This document shows, piece by piece, positions 41,901 through 55,800 of a stretch of DNA of 64,000 nt. Within the stretch, counting starts at the first letter, position 1, and every line of letters starts with the position of its first letter. The stretch is from Geosiphon pyriformis uo1 (Eukaryota; Fungi; Glomeromycota). Both the position numbers and the translations under genes were made by a program. Location of the stretch: assembly GCA_016748015.1 (NCBI GenBank), contig JAAOMT010000518.1, positions 248,001 through 312,000 on the forward strand, read 5' to 3'. A model generated the notes under the pieces. The model saw only the letters and a program-made list of their open reading frames with translations. It did not search any database and was not told where the DNA came from.

Positions 41901-44900
41901 TGATTAGTGTCGAAAATTATCAAATTTTTACATAATAAAACTGATAATAAGTTTAATTTTTTAATAAATTACTAGATGTTTTTGAACAGTAACAATATTT
42001 TAAGTATTTAAGTTTTATTGAATTCTGGTTCTGATTTTAATTGTATAAGATCCTTTTTTTTTAAAATGAGAAAATTATATTGTACTTTTAAACTTGCTAA
42101 ATCTTTAAGAACTAAAGAGTTATTTATCAGATCTGCTATTAACAAATAAATAGAAGGTTTTGTTATCAATAAAAGTTACATGATTAAAAGTATATTAAAG
42201 TATTTTTTTCGAAAAATTGTATTAGATTATTTGGTTGTTAATAATGAACTGGTTCTAGATTTTGGTAAGATTAAATCTAAGATTAATATAATTATGAAAA
42301 ATTGAACAAAAAAAAATTGGTGTTAAATAGTATTTTCAACTAGTGGTATTATCAATATCTGCTGCTAATTTATGTTAATAATACTGCTTTTTCTAATGTT
42401 ATAAATACTATTAATTATGATGATTTAATATATGTAATCAAAGATCTGCTTAATAAAAGATCACTAATTTGTCTAATATTACAAATGAGCTTTAGAAACA
42501 TTGTAATAATTTAGTTTTTGTTATGCTTCTAGATTTTTTAAAATTATGTTTGGTATGTAAATCTGTATTTCAATCTTGGAAAAAAGCTTGGATGTCAATA
42601 ATTCTTAAATTTTATGAATAAGAGAGTGTTTTAACCAATACCAAACCAATTGTTTTAATTAAAACTGCTTGTAAAATTTTTTTTAAGATCCTATTTAATA
42701 GAATTTTCTTGGCTTGTAATAGATTTAATGTTCTTTATGGTGACAACTTTTTTGTATTAAAAAACATTACTATCTAGTCTTTTATCTTTGTAATTGGCTC
42801 AATAATTGAAAATGCTTTAAAAAAAGATTGTGAACTTTGGTTAATCTTATAGAATATGCAAAAGACATATAATTTTGTTGGTTGGTATTATTTGAGAAAC
42901 ATTTTAATTCGAATTAAAATATGTGAACAATTTATTAGATTTTTTGGTAGTATTTACAATAATAGAATTAATTAGGTCATAACTAATTATGTATTAACTA
43001 ATGGATACTGAATACATAATAGTTTAAACTAAAATAAGGTTTTTTCCTTTCTGCTCTGAAAAATTTTTTATGATTTTTTTTTGTGTAAGATCAAAAAACA
43101 TAAAAGCTTATGCAGTTATTGTATTAATACTAAGTTTGTAGCCAAAACTAACAGGATAAAAAACCAAAATAAGTTGATTTTATATCTAATGGTTAATGTT
43201 TTTATTAATAATACAATTTAAGTAGGAAGTAGTTAGACTATCATTTAATATATTTTGGATATTACAAGTAAGTTTTTTATTATTAATAATGTTTTAATCA
43301 ACAATAAAAAAACAGTAGCCATTTTTATTAACCAAAAAATTAGAGATGTCTTATTATTAATAAATAATCTGCCAATATTTATAGCACAGAGTAAAGAATC
43401 TTATAGATATCTTGATATTTTTTTGTTTTCTGAAGATTTATTCAAACTCAGTTTAAAAAAAACTCATTCAAATGTTAGGTTTTTTGCCAACATGATCTTA
43501 AAAAAAACTATTTTGAATAAGCAGTTTTTTTATTTAATTTCAACTATGCTTTAATTTATTGTTAATTATATGATTCAATTTAGTTTTGTCTCTAAAAGTG
43601 TATGCAACAAGTGGATACACTAATTAAAAAAAGTTTAAAAATAAAAGCTGGCTTGTCAAAAAATTTTCTCAATAAAACTTTTTATCATTTATTTTTGTAT
43701 AGCTTTAAATTATTTAAACAAATACAAGCAAAAAGTAAATTGGCTTCTGTGTTGAGTTTTTTAAATGCTGATAAAGTTCTTGGTTGTTTGTTTAATTATA
43801 AGTCTTTAGATTTGTAAATTTTGAGCTGGTTTTCTATTTATTTTTTGTAAAATCTTATGAAGTTAAAAATCAGTTTAGTTAACAATTTTCTGGCTTGTGT
43901 GGTAAAAAAATTTTTGAATTATAATATTTTTTTTACCAATATTCTGTTCTTCACATTTCAGTTTTTTGGTGGCACTTTTATGTCTTTTGTCTTGAGAAAT
44001 ATAATGTTTTATAATGTTTTTTACTCACTTAAAAAATTTAGTATTGCTTTTGTTAAACAATTATATGATAAAAAAAGATTAATTTTTGATTGAAAAAGTT
44101 TTCATTATTAGAAAAAACTCAATTTTAAAGATTCAGTCTTTGTTAGGTTCAAGTTAGTATGTAATTACTTAATTAATTTTGCTTTTTGTTTTGCTGTTTA
44201 GCCAATTATTAATGAATTCCAGTTTTTAAATGTTTTTGATACCAGTGATTTCTCCATAGTAAAACAATGTTTCTTTGATGCTGATTTAAATATTATCAAT
44301 GTTTATATAAACGAATTTTTAAAGAACTTGAATATACATAAGATAAAATATAGTGCAGCTGTATTTTTTATCTGAATTTAAGTATTAATATTAAAGTTGA
44401 TGGTTTGATGTTTTTTATAATAACAGAATTACAGACAATTGTTTTAGCCTTGAAATATATTTTGGTTTCTAGTAGTATTATGATATATTCAGATAGTTAA
44501 GTCACTTTGAATATATGTACTACAAAATTAAATATGGCTTTACTCAATTTCTATAATTGCTGTTGGCTTAAAAAACATAATATCATAAACTCTATTAAAT
44601 ATAAGATGCTTACTGTTTCTTAAACCAAGATTAAAGACTATTTAAATGTCTTGGATAATAAGTATGCTGATATGTTGGCCAACTTAGCTTTATGTTCAAA
44701 TTTATTACTTCCTGTTCTTGTTAAGAAAAAATACATCAGGACTAATAAGATGATGATATCTGAGAATGTTTGGTATTTTATTTAGAATGTGTTTAAGACT
44801 GTTTATTGTGCTTATTAGAAAGTTGTACTTAATTCTAGTGTAATATGTAAAAACATAATTAAGAATGTGAATTGGGTTTGGACTTTATTGGTTTGACACT

Positions 44901-45714
44901 CCAACTTGCATATAGTATCTGGCTTTATAAATAGATTTATTACTAGTTTGTATTTATATTTTATGAAAGCTTTGTATTATCATTTGCTAATTGCTGTTTG
45001 AAAATACTTATATGATAGAAAGTATTTTAGTATGTTATGTTTACAATATAAAAAGATTAAACTTCTTAATTATTTTTTTACATGTATAATGAACTCTAAT
45101 ATTCACAAAAAATTACTTGATTTACATCTGGCTCAGTAAGATTTTGTGTTAGACTTGAATTTGTTGTCATTCTGTATTTTACAATTGCTTTTTTTGTGTA
45201 TTTCTAATAATACCATATATATTGCATTATGCAAAGATTTTGTATTTAGAAAATAGTATTTGAAGGCTGTCTCTGTTTTTAGTTATGTTAAAACTGTCAG
45301 CAAGAAGATTGTTAAGTTGGTGTGAGATTTGAGAATAGCTTATTAGGTTAATATGTGGTTGGTAAAAACTAAGTATAAAGCATTAATGGGGAAAAAAAGT
45401 TTAATTGTACATGATAAATTTGTGTCTTCTGAAATTTATAATTCTGTGTCTTTGCTTTCAGATAGTGTTGTTAAATTACTTGAGATTACAAAGATATATG
45501 ACATCAGTTTTAGTTTTTATAAACTCTGCAGATTTTTTTTTGGTACTAATTATGTAGTTTTTGTTAAAATAAATTTATAATATTGCTTTAATTAGTCTGA
45601 ATGACTGGTTACATGTAAAAAATACATAATTTGTGCCTAGTTTAGATTACTTAGTTTGATGTATTGTACTAAATAGCATTTGGGTTTTACTTATTAAATA
45701 ATAATAATAATAAA
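38910..45714 (+). mobile_element. Near full-length decayed non-LTR retrotransposon, copy 1. ORF1 ~39027-40904 (CCHC knuckle); ORF2 ~40901-45580 (APE endonuclease, RT, RNase H, Zn finger); (TAA)n tail
   Basis: Relic motifs: I*KIATYNIRSINNSAKQ and IIETKLK (APE); LTNTKPIVLIKT, L*NMQKTYNFVGW, N*NKVFSFLL*KIF, FINNTI*V (RT, ancestral FVDD); VYINEFLKNL, TELQTIVLAL, SDS*VTL (RNase H); CCA*YKQFGHISNMY (ORF1 knuckle). Tail 45697-45714. Confidence 0.92.
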
Positions 45715-46384
45715 ATTAAAATACAACTTTAATATAAGTTATTTTAATTTTGGTAGTTTTATTAAATATCAAATAAAAGTTATTTATCTAAAAAACTTTT
45801 AACAATTTGTAAAAGTTTTTAAATACTATTAAAACCAATTTTTTTTGTTATTATTATTATTTATAAATACAGCTTAATTACTATTTAGTATATAGAATTA
45901 AAACTAAAAACCCCAATTAAATATAATTCACACTTTTACTATATGTAATTAGTTATTTAAACTAATTAAAACTACACTAAATCCTTATATAAACTGTTGT
46001 TTTACCATCCAGACCAGAAAAAAACAAGTAGTGTTTATGAAAACCAAAGCTAACTTCAAAAGACTTATTAATACTAAGTAAACAAACCACTCTATTTAAC
46101 AAATCTAATACCAAATCATGAAACACAACTAACACCACTCCAAAATTGCCAATTAAACTACTCTTTTTCATATTTGTTCTGTATTTGAACTTGAACTTTT
46201 ACAAATTAAAACAATGCTATTCACTCAAATTATACACAAAATTAACCAAAATTTGAACAGTTTCTTTATGGTTTTCAAACATCTATACAATTTTATCATA
46301 CCAATTTATAAGCACAAAGCCTTTGCAAAAGAGTACATATAAACTAACATCAAACAAACAAAAGAAAAAAAATTTTATGACCAC

Positions 46385-47304
46385 TGTTACAGGTGATTAT
46401 TTGGGGTCTCAAATCAAATAACAAACCCATAACTTAATGTTTAATTGATATAATGATGTTGATTTTTGAAGATTTTTATGATCTGAAGGTTTTGGTTATC
46501 TGAAGGTTTTGGTTAAATTCTTTGTATAATGGACAAAAATCCAATAGTTGTTTTCAGTAGTCTTCTGAAATTGCAATTCTGTCTAATTTTTTTTTCAGTA
46601 TGATGGCCAGTAATCTGGCAGAAATGCCCTTCTGGTAAGCTATCCTTAAATTATTAAACTTTATACCCTTTCTTTGGGGTCTTTTACCAGACTATCTTTG
46701 ACATCAATAACTTAGTGCTTAATCTTTTTAATCAGTAGTAAATCAACAAACAAAAGAAAATAAAAAAAAATGAAAAAAAATGAAAAAAAAATAAGAAATT
46801 AGTATTCCCCCAATAGCTGTGATCAAGAGCTATTGTGCCAACAGGTTAAGTAGTAGATAATAACATGCATTTAAGAATAATAGATAATTTCATTAATATG
46901 GAAGTGATTTTACTTTAAGTTATAGTATTCTATTTTTTGAAGGAAGAGTATTTAATAATTATAATCTGTAAGTCTAATTGACTCTAAGAGTCCTATTGAC
47001 TTTCAGTCTTCTTGACTTTGAGCTTTCTTCACTAATTTTCTAGCTTTTGATACTATTGTCATATATATATAAATTTATGTTTTATGAGATTGCTCACATT
47101 CCCGAGCAATATGCTATGATTTCTTGAGTAATGCTTACATTGCTGAGCAATATGCCCTAATTTTTTAACATCACTCCATATTGCTGAGAAATGTGCTGTA
47201 ATTTCTAATATTACTCCACATTGCTGAACAATGTGCTTATGTGCTAATTACTACTTTTTTATTGGTCTACTATTTTCTATATCTGTTTTTCTTTATAAGT
47301 AATA
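46385..47304. mobile_element. Solo LTR (~920 bp) inserted in LINE copy 2
   Basis: Starts TGTTAC and ends GTAATA (GTAACA with one C>T). Flanked by CCAC (46381-84) and TCAC (47305-08). Removing it plus one TSD restores the LINE frame (HILLFF-VVIKFF). No internal gag/pol. Confidence 0.78.
47095..47236. repeat. Tandem array of four ~41-bp units with palindromic core CACATTGC-TGA-GCAATGTG
   Basis: Cores start at 47095, 47136, 47177 and 47217. Confidence 0.85.
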
Positions 47305-50300
47305 TCACAAAAAACAACAAAATATGAAACTCAGTTAGAGATCTCTAAATTAAAATCTGTTCAATTAAAATTACCTTATAAAAATCAGACTTCTTGGAAC
47401 AAATGAATGCATAATTAGAGAATTCACTTTCCTATACTATAAACACAAAACACTTGAATATTTTTTGTCATAAAGTTTTTTCTTAATAGCAACAGGCAGT
47501 TTTTTATAAATAGTCTTCATAAAATACATATGTAAATTAGCTGAAGTTTTACTTGTTGAATTTAATAGCATATGTAAATTTGGATGCCAAACTGCAGCAG
47601 TTTAAACCCAATCAATTTTGTAAAATAAAAAAATATCTAACATTCTAAAATCAAGTTCATATTCTCAATAAATATGATCTATTAATTTATATATGTTCCA
47701 AACAAAATGACAAATATTATTAAATATTGACAAATTATTAGCCACAATAAAGCATTTATTCATATTATTAAACAACAACAATGAAAAATAGACAACCTTA
47801 TTTGTCAAAACATTTGCATATATATTATTTAAAATATTTAAATATTTCTTAATTTTTGACCAAACCACTAAAAAATTTTTGCCACTAACCAAATTTGCAA
47901 AATGCCTCCTTTTAATTTAGCAATAGTTTTGAAAATCAAGATTTAACATATTTAATTCCAAGACACATGTATTTATAACTACTTAACTGTCCAAGTGCAC
48001 AACTACAGCACAAAAAAACAGTACATATTCTAAAGCAATAACAATGGCCTGTAATTCAGCTATTGTCAATAATAGCAATTTATCAACTCTAATATTGAGA
48101 CCAAATCAACTTTCAAAAAATATGCAACAGCCCTACCAGTTACTATAAAAAAATTTAGTTTCTTCAAAGATCTATCTATATAAACATTAAACTTATTTAA
48201 CTAAATCTTAAAAAGATGATCTTTCAAAACTGAAAACTGATTTAATAACAAAACACTATCATTTTTTCGAATAAAACTCAAATTAAAAAAGACTAATGCA
48301 AGCTTAGCATTGTATAAAAATTTAGATGCTAAAACAAACCAAAAAAACACTAGTCTCTTAAAATTCAATCTCTTTCAATGATAAAATGTCTTTCAATCCA
48401 TAATTCTATTTCTTTTGTCCAAAAATCTATTACAAAAGACCATACCAAATTTCTTTAAGAAACCAACTCTTTTATAATACAATGAAACTTTTAAGACACT
48501 TAATATAAGAAATCTGCCAAAACTGCAAAACACACAAAGTAAATTATTTGCTAAAAAAAGACTATTGTTTATAAAAATACAGATCATACCAGCCAAAAAA
48601 TTATTGAAAAGACTAATATGCAACTTTACAAAATGTTACAAGAAATTCAAGAGAGCCCAGTCTAAAACTTGAAAATCCAAAAACCTGTACTTAAAAAGCT
48701 GACCAAAAATTTCAAAAGCATTTGCAAAAACCACAGTAGAAATAATTTTTTTTTCTGTCTGTATTTGTTCAAATGTTTTTAAACTATACAAAAAAGGATG
48801 ATGTAATATCTTATTTAGAAAATTTTAAAACAGTTTAGCTTTTAGTTTAAGACTCTTCCTAATTAAAACATCTCATTAACAACATACTACTAAAAAAATA
48901 AAGCTAAACTACAAACAATAATTAATAATAGATTGCAAAACTACTAAAACCAAATACAAAAACTGCTTATCTAGGATAATTTTTTTAATATTATATTAAA
49001 AAAAAACCTAATATCAAATTAAGTCTTGGCCAAACTGGGTCTGAACATTCTATTAGTAAACAAAAAAATTTCCAAATACTTGTGTAACACACTGCTTTTG
49101 ACAATTATAATAGGCAATCTATTAATTTTTAAAAAAGTATTCTTGATCTTTTAATTAATGAGAATAGTTATTGTCTTGTTATTGTTAATTAAAATATTTT
49201 TGATTGAAAAAAATTTACTGACAATGTTTAATATATACTAAGTGACAGCTTGACTATTCTTAATTCAAATAGTATTATCAATAAAAACATCAATTGTAAA
49301 AAATAAAGTTATTTTTCTTATGCTTTCTACTCTTTTTGTTTTAGCATATTAATTTGGTATTTACAAAAATGTTCTTGTCTCTTAACTTTACACAAAAAAA
49401 AGTTATAAAAAATCTTTCAAAGAAAGAATAAAAACATTTTATCTTGATCAAATTCATTATACACTCTATAATTATTAATAAGATCAAAGTTTATTATAAC
49501 TTTATTTAATCTACTTTTATAAATATTACCAAAAAAACTGATGAATCTCTCATACATCTTGATTTACTGTAAACTTGCTCTTAAATAATACCAACTAACC
49601 AAATCATACACCTTATACATATTTTGCAAAACCAATTAAACTTTTTTATTCTTTTTTAAATTATTTTTAATTATCAATCCAACAGCAAAAATAGGAAATT
49701 GCATTGAAGTGTCTCTTAAAACTGAAAAGTTGTCTCTACAAAAAACACCAAACTTACTATAAGTAAAAGAGATCCAATTTAAGAAAATCTTGAAAAAAAT
49801 CTTCTAAGCTGTTTTAATTAATGTAATAGAATAAATATTTGTTAGAATTTTATTTCATTTATAAGACTTAAGTATTATTAAAACCTATGTTTTCTTTTAT
49901 AAAACTAAAACAGTACTCAAAGCTAAACATAAATTTAAAAGGCCTAAAAAATACTTGAAAACATTATTGTTACAATGTTTTTACAATTCATTAGAGATAT
50001 TACTCAAATCAGCAGTTTTTTTATCTAATAGATTTTTGATTACTTGAACCAACTTCTCAAAACTAATAACATTCATAATATTTGAAAAAGCACTATTCTT
50101 TATATAGCATAAAAAGGCATACTAATTAGCTCAAAGCTCAGACAGAATTTTAGAAACTACCTACTTTTTGGTTCAACTTTTCATAATTGTATTAATTTTA
50201 AATTTAACATTGGTAGATTTTAATATCAACTTACTATTAACTATTAAATAATTTAGCACAATTTTATAAAATGGCTTATTCAATATACTTTTAATTATGT

Positions 50301-52869
50301 GGCTTTTATCTAAGCAAAAATTTTCTATTCTTTTATTAATAGCACACTTTATAATAGTAGTTTCAGTAGTTTTAAACTCATGTATTTTGAATTTACAATA
50401 ACTTTTCCTAAACTTAAACAAACAACCAAGAACATTCATAGATTTGGTGTCTTTCTGAATTATGCTTTGTATCTTAAGAGCCTTATTCATATCAATAACC
50501 AACCAAATGTAAAACAAAAAATCAGTTTGAGACATATTACCAGATCTAAAAGATTTCACAACTTTGGCAACCAACAATTCCAATCTAAAAAACCTAGATA
50601 ACTGTTTTTTAAAAACATATTTGGCTATATTATACTAATGTCTAGAAAATGTTTTCTCAATTGAATCTGCTATTATTTCTCTTAGCAAATTCTATATAAC
50701 ATCAAAATTCTTACCAATTTTTGTCTCCAAAAATTTATTTACCACTGCTAAAAGCTTGATAGATAAATATTTCTCAAAACAGATTTATTTGGCACTATCT
50801 ATATCAGTAATTTTAAATTTTCACCAATTTTTGTTAGCTTTCTTACACATATTATTTAAATGAACATTCAAAAAACCACCCAAACTAATTAAAACTAAAA
50901 CAGCCTTATAATCTGTATTAAAAAGTTAGAAATAGAATTAATATCATGGTTAGCAATCACAAATAACAAATTTTCATTAACAAAAATATAATCTATGACT
51001 TTTTTAACATCTTTTATATTGTTTCAAATAGAGGTCTTAACTAACAAATATCTATTAAACAAGTTAACTAGATCTAAACTTGAACAAAACTTGAAACTTG
51101 TACTTTTTTTAAACTTATTTTTATTGAAATCTCCATCTAAAAAAACAAAAAAAAACTTATTTACAGTTTTTACAATTAATAAGTTGATTTTATTAGTCTG
51201 AACCAATTATGTTATCAGTATAGCATCAGTGTATAATCCCAAAATCAAAACAGAAAGCTTATTTTTAAAAAGCAACTTAACAGACAAAAACTGGCCAGTC
51301 ATTTTAAAAACTTTGTACATATGCTTTGCTAAAACAATATTCATAATAATTACAACACTAGAATCCAAATAACCAGAGTTCAAATCAAAAGTAAATACAC
51401 AAATACCATCAAACTTGTTAGCAATTTATGGATAAATCTTTTTATTCAATTTTGTTTTAGTTACAATAAAAATTAAATTGTTTATATTTTTGTGTTAATA
51501 AATAACATCCTCTTGCTTAGCAAGATTGTTTATATTTTTAACATTACACATAGTTATTTTCCAAACTAAATTGGTTATCTGGAAGAACAGACATCTGAAT
51601 TTAAATTAATTTTGTCCATTTTGGCTATTAGACTTATAACTATAGCCAACAAACTATTTATATTTTTTTCTAACTTTAAAACAACTAACAGATCAAAAAC
51701 CACTGCTTTCACAACAGTTTTACTACCAGTAATTACACCCAAACTTTCACTTATTACTATATTTATCTCTTAATTTTGTAATAAAAAAATTACCAATAAT
51801 TAATATTTAAAACTATGCATCTAATCTTTTAGTCAGCTTATCAACTTGCTCTGTAAGATTAGTAAAACTGCATTCAAGAGCAGCAAATTTATTATTTAAT
51901 TTTTCAAATATAAACAGGAGAGATTTTACTTCTAAGAAGAAGCCAAAGTTTATTAAACCATTTTTCATAGAAAGAAAAAAAAAAAAAAAGACCTACTAAC
52001 AACTTTAGCCCAAAAAATATTACTAAAAAAACAAAACAGACAACAAATACTAAATGCTTAGTATAAATAGTGGTCTGTTTGCTTTTATCTGCTTTTGACA
52101 AAACTTCACAAAATAGACTACTAGAGAAAATTTTTTTACTTATATTAAAACTAATAATATTATTAAATAACAAAAATAATAATAATTTGGTTTTTATTAG
52201 ATTAATTTAATCTTTAAAATCAAATAATTTAATAAGTTAATTAATTAAAATTATAAATAAAAATATGATTTATTTTGCAAAAATTGACTAAAATTCAACA
52301 TATTAAACAATATAATTAAAAATTAACCTAAATTAAAATAAATTAAAATATTTTTATTATCATTATTTAAAATAAACAATTAATTATAACTATAATAAAA
52401 TTAAATATTATAATTTGGTATTAATATTATAAAACTAATAAAAAACAAAAACTTTATTTTTTACAAAAAAAAATTGGGTTTAATATAATTAAAATATTAT
52501 TTAAAACATTAAAAAAAATAGAATATTTTATTATTACCAAAAATTAACAATTAACTTAAATAAATATATTAAAACTATTCTTAATTGTTGTTTTAATAAA
52601 ACTTTGAAAAAAACTCTTATTTAAAACAAAAAAAATGTTTTAATATTAATAAAAAACTGATTTATTATAATATTATTTAAAAAAAGCATTTTTATAAAGG
52701 ATTATTAAGCAGTTTTTATAGTTATGAATGTATTTTTAATAAAAATATTATTAATTACTTTAAATATTATAATGTTTGTACTTTTTTTATTGTTTGTTCT
52801 AATTATAATTATAAAAATATAGAAAAACATATATATTTAATATATTAAATTTAAAATATATAGATAAAT

Positions 52870-55800
52870 ATTTTTAAGTTAAGTATAAATTTATTAAAAT
52901 TAAATTTTATTAATTAATTTTAATTTAATATTAAAAATATAAATATTTCTGTAAAACAAAATAATAATCTTATTACAAAAACTAAACTAAATATAAATTA
53001 AGTTATAAATTATAAATAAATTTAAAAAAATTTATATATTTATATTTGGTTTGAATTTAAATTTTTTGGATTTTAAAGTTGTTATTATCATAAATAATAA
53101 TATTGTCAAACATATTTACAAAATTTCAGAAATATTAAATTAACTTTTGTTAATTTATTTGTTTAAAAATAGTTTTTTAGTTTTAATATTAAAATTATAT
53201 ATTAAAGTTTTTTTTAATACATAATTGGATCAAATTAGTATTATTAACTCATTTATTGTCAAGATAATTAATAAAAATACTTTTGTTGTCTTAAAAAATA
53301 ACTTTAATAAAAATAATTTAAAGCATAATATTAGTTTTAAAAAATATCTTGATTTAAGTTTGATTAATTTTCTTTTTAATAATTTTTTTATTAAAGCTAT
53401 AACACAAAAAAAAACTTATATAATATTAAAAAAAACAATTGATTTTATTTTGGTTTTTTTTTTAATAATATTATAATTATTTATGATATTTCTAACATAT
53501 AAAATTTTTTTTTATAAATTATAATATTGTAATAATCTTTATTAATTTGGAATTTTTTTTAAATACTTGGTTTTATGTTTTATATAAGCAAGCCAATAAA
53601 AATTATTAAAAATTTAATTTTAAAAATATTAATAATTTTAAGTAAATGTAATTTAAAAAAGTTTTTTTGTTTTAAATTATAGCTATTTTAAATATTTTTG
53701 TAAAGTTAAAATTAGCAAATAATAAGCTATTATATATAAAAAACTTTTATATATTGTGTTTTTATAATTTGGAACTATTTTTAAAATTTTTAAATTATCT
53801 GTTTTGTGTTTAAACTTTAATTTTGAGCATTTTATATATAAATAATTAGTTATAAATACTTTAAAAACTTTTGTAATTTGAGTTTTAATGTATAATAATT
53901 TTGGTTTTAATATTATTAAATTAGCTTTGTTTAAGATTAAAAAAAGTTATTGTTTTATAAAATATTTTAATTTTTAATAATATTAATATGCTTTTTTTGA
54001 TTATATTAATAATATTATTTTTATTAATATTATAATTAAATAAGATAAATTATTAATTATTATTAATAAGTGTATTATTAACTTACTTTTAAATTTGCTA
54101 AATTTTTGGTTGAACTTTAAATTTGTTTTTGTTTAATAAAAAAAAGTTTAAATATTAATAATTTTAAAGTTTTATCTTAAAAACAGTTTATTAAAGATTA
54201 AAATATATAGCATATTAATTAAGTTTTTTAATAATATTTATAATAACAAAGTTAATTAAATAATAATTAATTTTGAGCTTATAAAATACATAATAATTTA
54301 AATTAAAATAGAGTTTTTTTGTTTTTGCTATAAAAAAATTTTTATAATCTTTTTTTATATAAGATTAAGAAACATAAACAGTAATATAGTTATTATATTA
54401 ACATTAAATTTATGATCAAAATAAGTCAAATAAAAAATTAAATTAATTTTATATCTTATTTAATTATAAATATTTTTACTAATAATATTATTTAAATTAA
54501 TATAGTTAAACTAGTATTTAGTATATTTTTGATATTATTAATAAATATTTTAGATTAAATTACATTTTTATTAACAATAATAAGACTAATAATTTTTATT
54601 AACTAATAAATTGTTAATGTCTTTTTGTTTATTAGTAAATTGCTTATATTAATTGCTAAAAAAAATAAATTATATAAATATATAAATCTTTTTTATTAAT
54701 AAAAAGTTTTTTTAAGTTTAACTTAACCAAAATTTATTTTGATATTAAATTATTATTATTATTATTTTTTATTTGTTTAATAAATGAAGTTCAAACACTA
54801 CTTAATGCTATACATCAAAGAAATGATCTAAACTAGGCATGAATCATGCACTTTCTACATATAACCAGCCACTCGGGCCAATCAAAACAACATTATACAG
54901 CTATGTAAACAGAAACCAGATCACTTATACCTAAAAAAAACAAACAAGATTTGTGAAAGCCAAACTGAATACCAAAAGCATCAGTGACACCAAGCAATTT
55001 GACTACTTTAGTAGAAAACCTCAAAACCAAACCAGAAACTAAAATGAGAGCTGAATCATCAAGTAGAATCAACTTGTTTCTTTCCATATAAGCTTGATGT
55101 TTAACATAAACTGACTAGACATCTTCCCTAAACACCAGATCAAGAAAGCATACAAACTTGATAATCTCCAAACCAGTGACCTTGGAGTTGCAGAAGATGG
55201 AGACAGCCTTGTAAAACCAATTATTAAAAACAAAACCCTTACAAAGAGCCATGAACACAAGAGAATCAGAAATACAGGATAACAGCAGCTGCAAAACACT
55301 AAAAGAAGAATGAGAGAAACTGGAAACTGTCTTCTAGGAATTCACATAAGATTCCAATATTTGATGTCTAATGAATTCATCAACCTTACAAAAAAACACA
55401 TGATTCAACACCTCAATGTTATCACAATATAAGCACAACACACTAGAATAAAGTCTATTATAAAGATGTTTCCATACAACAACTGGCAGTTGATAGTGCA
55501 AAGCTTTCATAAAGTAAGTGCATGTATTAGCCAAAGATCTGTTGATAAAACTGGCAGCCATGTGCAAATCAAGATGCTACACCAAAGACAAATAAAGCCA
55601 ATCAACTTCAGAAATCAAACTGCCTATCAAAAACTTGGAACCAGACCTAATCTCCTAGCATGCATAACAAACAGAATAATAAATATTATGTACAAAATGT
55701 CTAAAATTGCCAAAAATAATATTACTATCAGCCACTATAAAGCATTTATTCAAGCAAGGAGGAAAACACCAACTAGAAAGAGAGACAGCACTGGCAATTA

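Larger units (their letters stand above)
45848..52200 (-). mobile_element. Decayed non-LTR retrotransposon, copy 2 (ORF2 ~51578-45977 plus 3' part of ORF1), interrupted by a solo LTR
   Basis: Same family on the minus strand: LVWKITMCNV...VTKTKL, QNMYKVYDLVSW, IAELQAIVIALECT-like RNase H relic, VSFGFHKHYLFFSGLDG C-terminus. (TAA)n tail at 45848-45862. Confidence 0.9.

Noticed and set aside
47095-47236. CRISPR-like array of palindromic repeats with ~20-nt spacers
   Set aside because: The linkers resemble each other (ctaattttttaacatcactc / tgtaatttctaatattactc), there are no cas genes, the context is eukaryotic and the array lies inside an LTR. It is a tandem minisatellite.
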